DNA of 64,000 nt from Octopus bimaculoides (taxonomy: Eukaryota), in contig NC_068981.1 in NCBI RefSeq assembly GCF_001194135.2, positions 116,002,136 to 116,066,135 of the forward strand. Reading direction: 5' to 3'. Under the pieces are notes generated by a model, which ran no database searches, had not been told where the DNA came from, and saw nothing but the letters and a program-made list of their open reading frames with translations. The translations under genes and the position numbers were made by a program. Below are positions 61,718 through 64,000 of this stretch, piece after piece. The stretch's first letter is position 1. Every line of letters starts with the position of its first letter.

Positions 61718-62190
61718 CGTCTCACCTTCTTTGCCCACTTATTTGTGGGAGGGTCCCCAAGCACGCCTTCCATCAGATCCTGCCTGAAACAACCATCTCC
61801 AATTGATCCAACTGGATACTCAAGCGAGACCAACTGAGCTGAAAGATGTTATCCAGTCTTCTTGCTTGTCGTCTACCCCTAGGTCTCCTGCTCATTGATT
61901 TAACCCGTAAAACTTGTTCAGCGATTTTGTTCGGTATAGAATTGAATATTTATTAGGTGCGGTAATCCTGAAGGTGGTCCAGCTTCTCTCCAGGATGTTA
62001 ATATCTATGACCCTCATGAAATTCACCCGCTTTTATCTTTCCATCCTGCTGATTGCTCACACTCCCTCTTCACCGAGGAAGCCAAGTAGGGTACAGTTTC
62101 AATCGCCGACCACTCGACTATGTGCATGTGGCAGGATACTGATAGCAAACTTGTGATGAGATTGGTCTTGGACAGTGCTCAAGGAACAAA
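61718..62190 (-). mobile_element. RTE-type (RTE-X/Expander-like) LINE 3' fragment
   Basis: EQVLRVKSMSRRPRGRRQARRLDNIFQLSWSRLSIQLDQLEMVV..WKACLGTLP resembles the RPRGRP..RW.D.I..L.W.RLGI C-terminus. Confidence 0.65.
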
Positions 62191-62333
62191 ACAGAAAAAT
62201 CAGAAAAGAGGATGATCACAGCTGGAATGTCTCCTACCAAAGGTATGTTCGGTTAGACTTAACTAAAAATATAATGTGCTACCACACAAAAATATGGATA
62301 TGATGATAATCAAACCATTATTAATTAACACCA

Positions 62334-62538
62334 GGGCGGTGAGCTGGCAGAATTGTGGGCATGCCGGGTAAAATGCTTCGCGGCATTTCGTCTGTCTCTA
62401 CCTTCTGAATTCAAATTCTGGTATGGTCGACTTTTGCGAAAATAAAGTACCAGTTGAGCTCTAGGGTCCATATAATCGACTTATCACCCGACACCGAACT
62501 TGCTGGCTTCGTGTTAAAAATTGCAACTAATATTAATT
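62334..62538 (+). mobile_element. SINE family A with internal deletion
   Basis: ggcggtgagctggcagaattg..gaattcaaattctgg..gtcgactttt..aataaagtaccagttgagc..ataatcgact. Confidence 0.85.
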
Positions 62539-62599
62539 AACACCTATACTATGGAACAACACTGATACATGTGATTGTTACCATCCTCTCCACTATATT

Positions 62600-63300
62600 G
62601 AATAACACTGCCATAACATCACTAGCGTCACTGAATGCTACCAGATTAAACACCAACGCCATGTAACAAAAGCACAACCAACACCGCTACCACCTCCACC
62701 GTCACCGCGTCCTCTTCCACCGCGTCCTCCGCCACCACTGCCATTACAGTCAGCACTACCATTTGCACAACCCACTACAGCCATAACAAACTGCCAAAAT
62801 TCTACGTCACACCCGCCACTAGCATCTTAAATGGTTCTATAACTGTATTACCACTACCAGCACCCCCGCTGCCTCCATCGTCGCTGAGGCCGTCACTACC
62901 GCCACCGCCGTCATCACCACTAGGAGAACTAATACCTCCATACTAACCTCACGCCACCAGCACCCTTACCACCACCAGTATCACCAACACAAGCAACATC
63001 AACGCGAATAACAATAACAATAAGAGCAACACCAGCATCACTATGACTTCCATTGAAAGCACCACCATCACCATAACAACCAATACCACCACCACCAGCA
63101 ACAACAACAACAACATCAAGTAATACGACCAACGGAACCGATACCATCATCGCTACCAGCACCATTCATTCCACCACCAAGACCACCACCACCACCACCA
63201 CCACCGCTGCCGCCGCCGCCGCCGCCGCCGCCACTAATATCATCACCACCAAGATCAGCAGCACCAAAACAACAACAACAACTGCTAGACAAGCAGCAGC
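62600..63300. repeat. Degenerate (ACC)/(CAC)/(GCC)/(AAC) low-complexity tract
   Basis: Directly visible. Confidence 0.85.
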
Positions 63301-63686
63301 GGCGTCAATCGAAGAAGGAAGGTGGGGCTATACGGGTGGTGTGCATGTAGTTCTTGCAAGGAGATGTGGTCGAAGTGGCAGCTGTAAGTTTTTTGGCCTT
63401 CTTTACTGCTTCTTGCTTCTTTTCTACTTCCTACCATCATTTTATTTTTTTACTTTTATTAATATTATATTATTATTCTTTACAATACACATACACACAC
63501 AAACACACAAAAGCACACACACAAACACACAAACACACACACACACACAAACATACACACATGCACACAGACACACAGACACACACAGACACACACGCAC
63601 GCACACTCTTTTCTTTCAGCGCTTCATCTGTGTCTGTGTGTCTGTTCGCTGAATTGTCAGTTGTAGTCTTTCGCATGTTTACGTGC

Positions 63687-63725
<39 letters not shown>

Positions 63726-63728
63726 CAT

Positions 63729-63772
<44 letters not shown>

Positions 63773-64000
63773 GTTTATGTATATATATGTATATGTATGT
63801 ATATATGAGTATTTCGGTGTTTATAAATATTGTATATTTTTTGTTATATTTATGTGGGTGTATATGCCATAGTGTATACTTTATATATGTGGATCTTTAA
63901 CCCGTTTACCTATGTGAAAAGTTTATTGCATCAGTAAATTGCTAGAAGAAAGCAACGTTTATTTACACAACACGGAATATGCAGACATTGATATATGCGT

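Overview
AT-rich, non-genic (intergenic or deep intronic) animal DNA from a gapped draft assembly. The SINE families, microsatellite load and TE spectrum look like an octopod cephalopod (Octopus), which is an inference from recalled repeat consensus sequences. I found no confidently identifiable host protein-coding gene, rRNA, functional tRNA or CRISPR array. Almost all ORF-track entries are microsatellite or N-gap artefacts or TE debris. Recognisable content: (1) one complete 3,026-bp hAT (Buster/Charlie/SPIN-type) transposon with TIRs, a perfect 8-bp TSD and a decayed transposase; (2) three Tc1/mariner relics, one with an internal inversion; (3) LINE fragments of the RTE, R4/Dong (REL) and L1/Tx1 types; (4) two kinds of Penelope-like element (PLE), a Hydra-type RT plus GIY-YIG tandem and a Neptune-type 3' end; (5) about 35 copies or fragments of three tRNA-derived SINE families, labelled A, B and C here; (6) several foldback/MITE-like inverted repeats and two pre-miRNA-sized hairpins; (7) one good-looking orphan exon candidate. 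The most interesting signal is a set of PLE-associated hammerhead-ribozyme motifs. One has an intact canonical core, one sits in the pseudo-LTR of the Hydra-type PLE, and a recurring non-canonical variant (CUGUYGA-A) appears in three copies. TE and SINE boundaries are approximate (about +/-10-20 bp) unless TIR/TSD coordinates are given. All family assignments come from motif recognition by eye, not from database searches.
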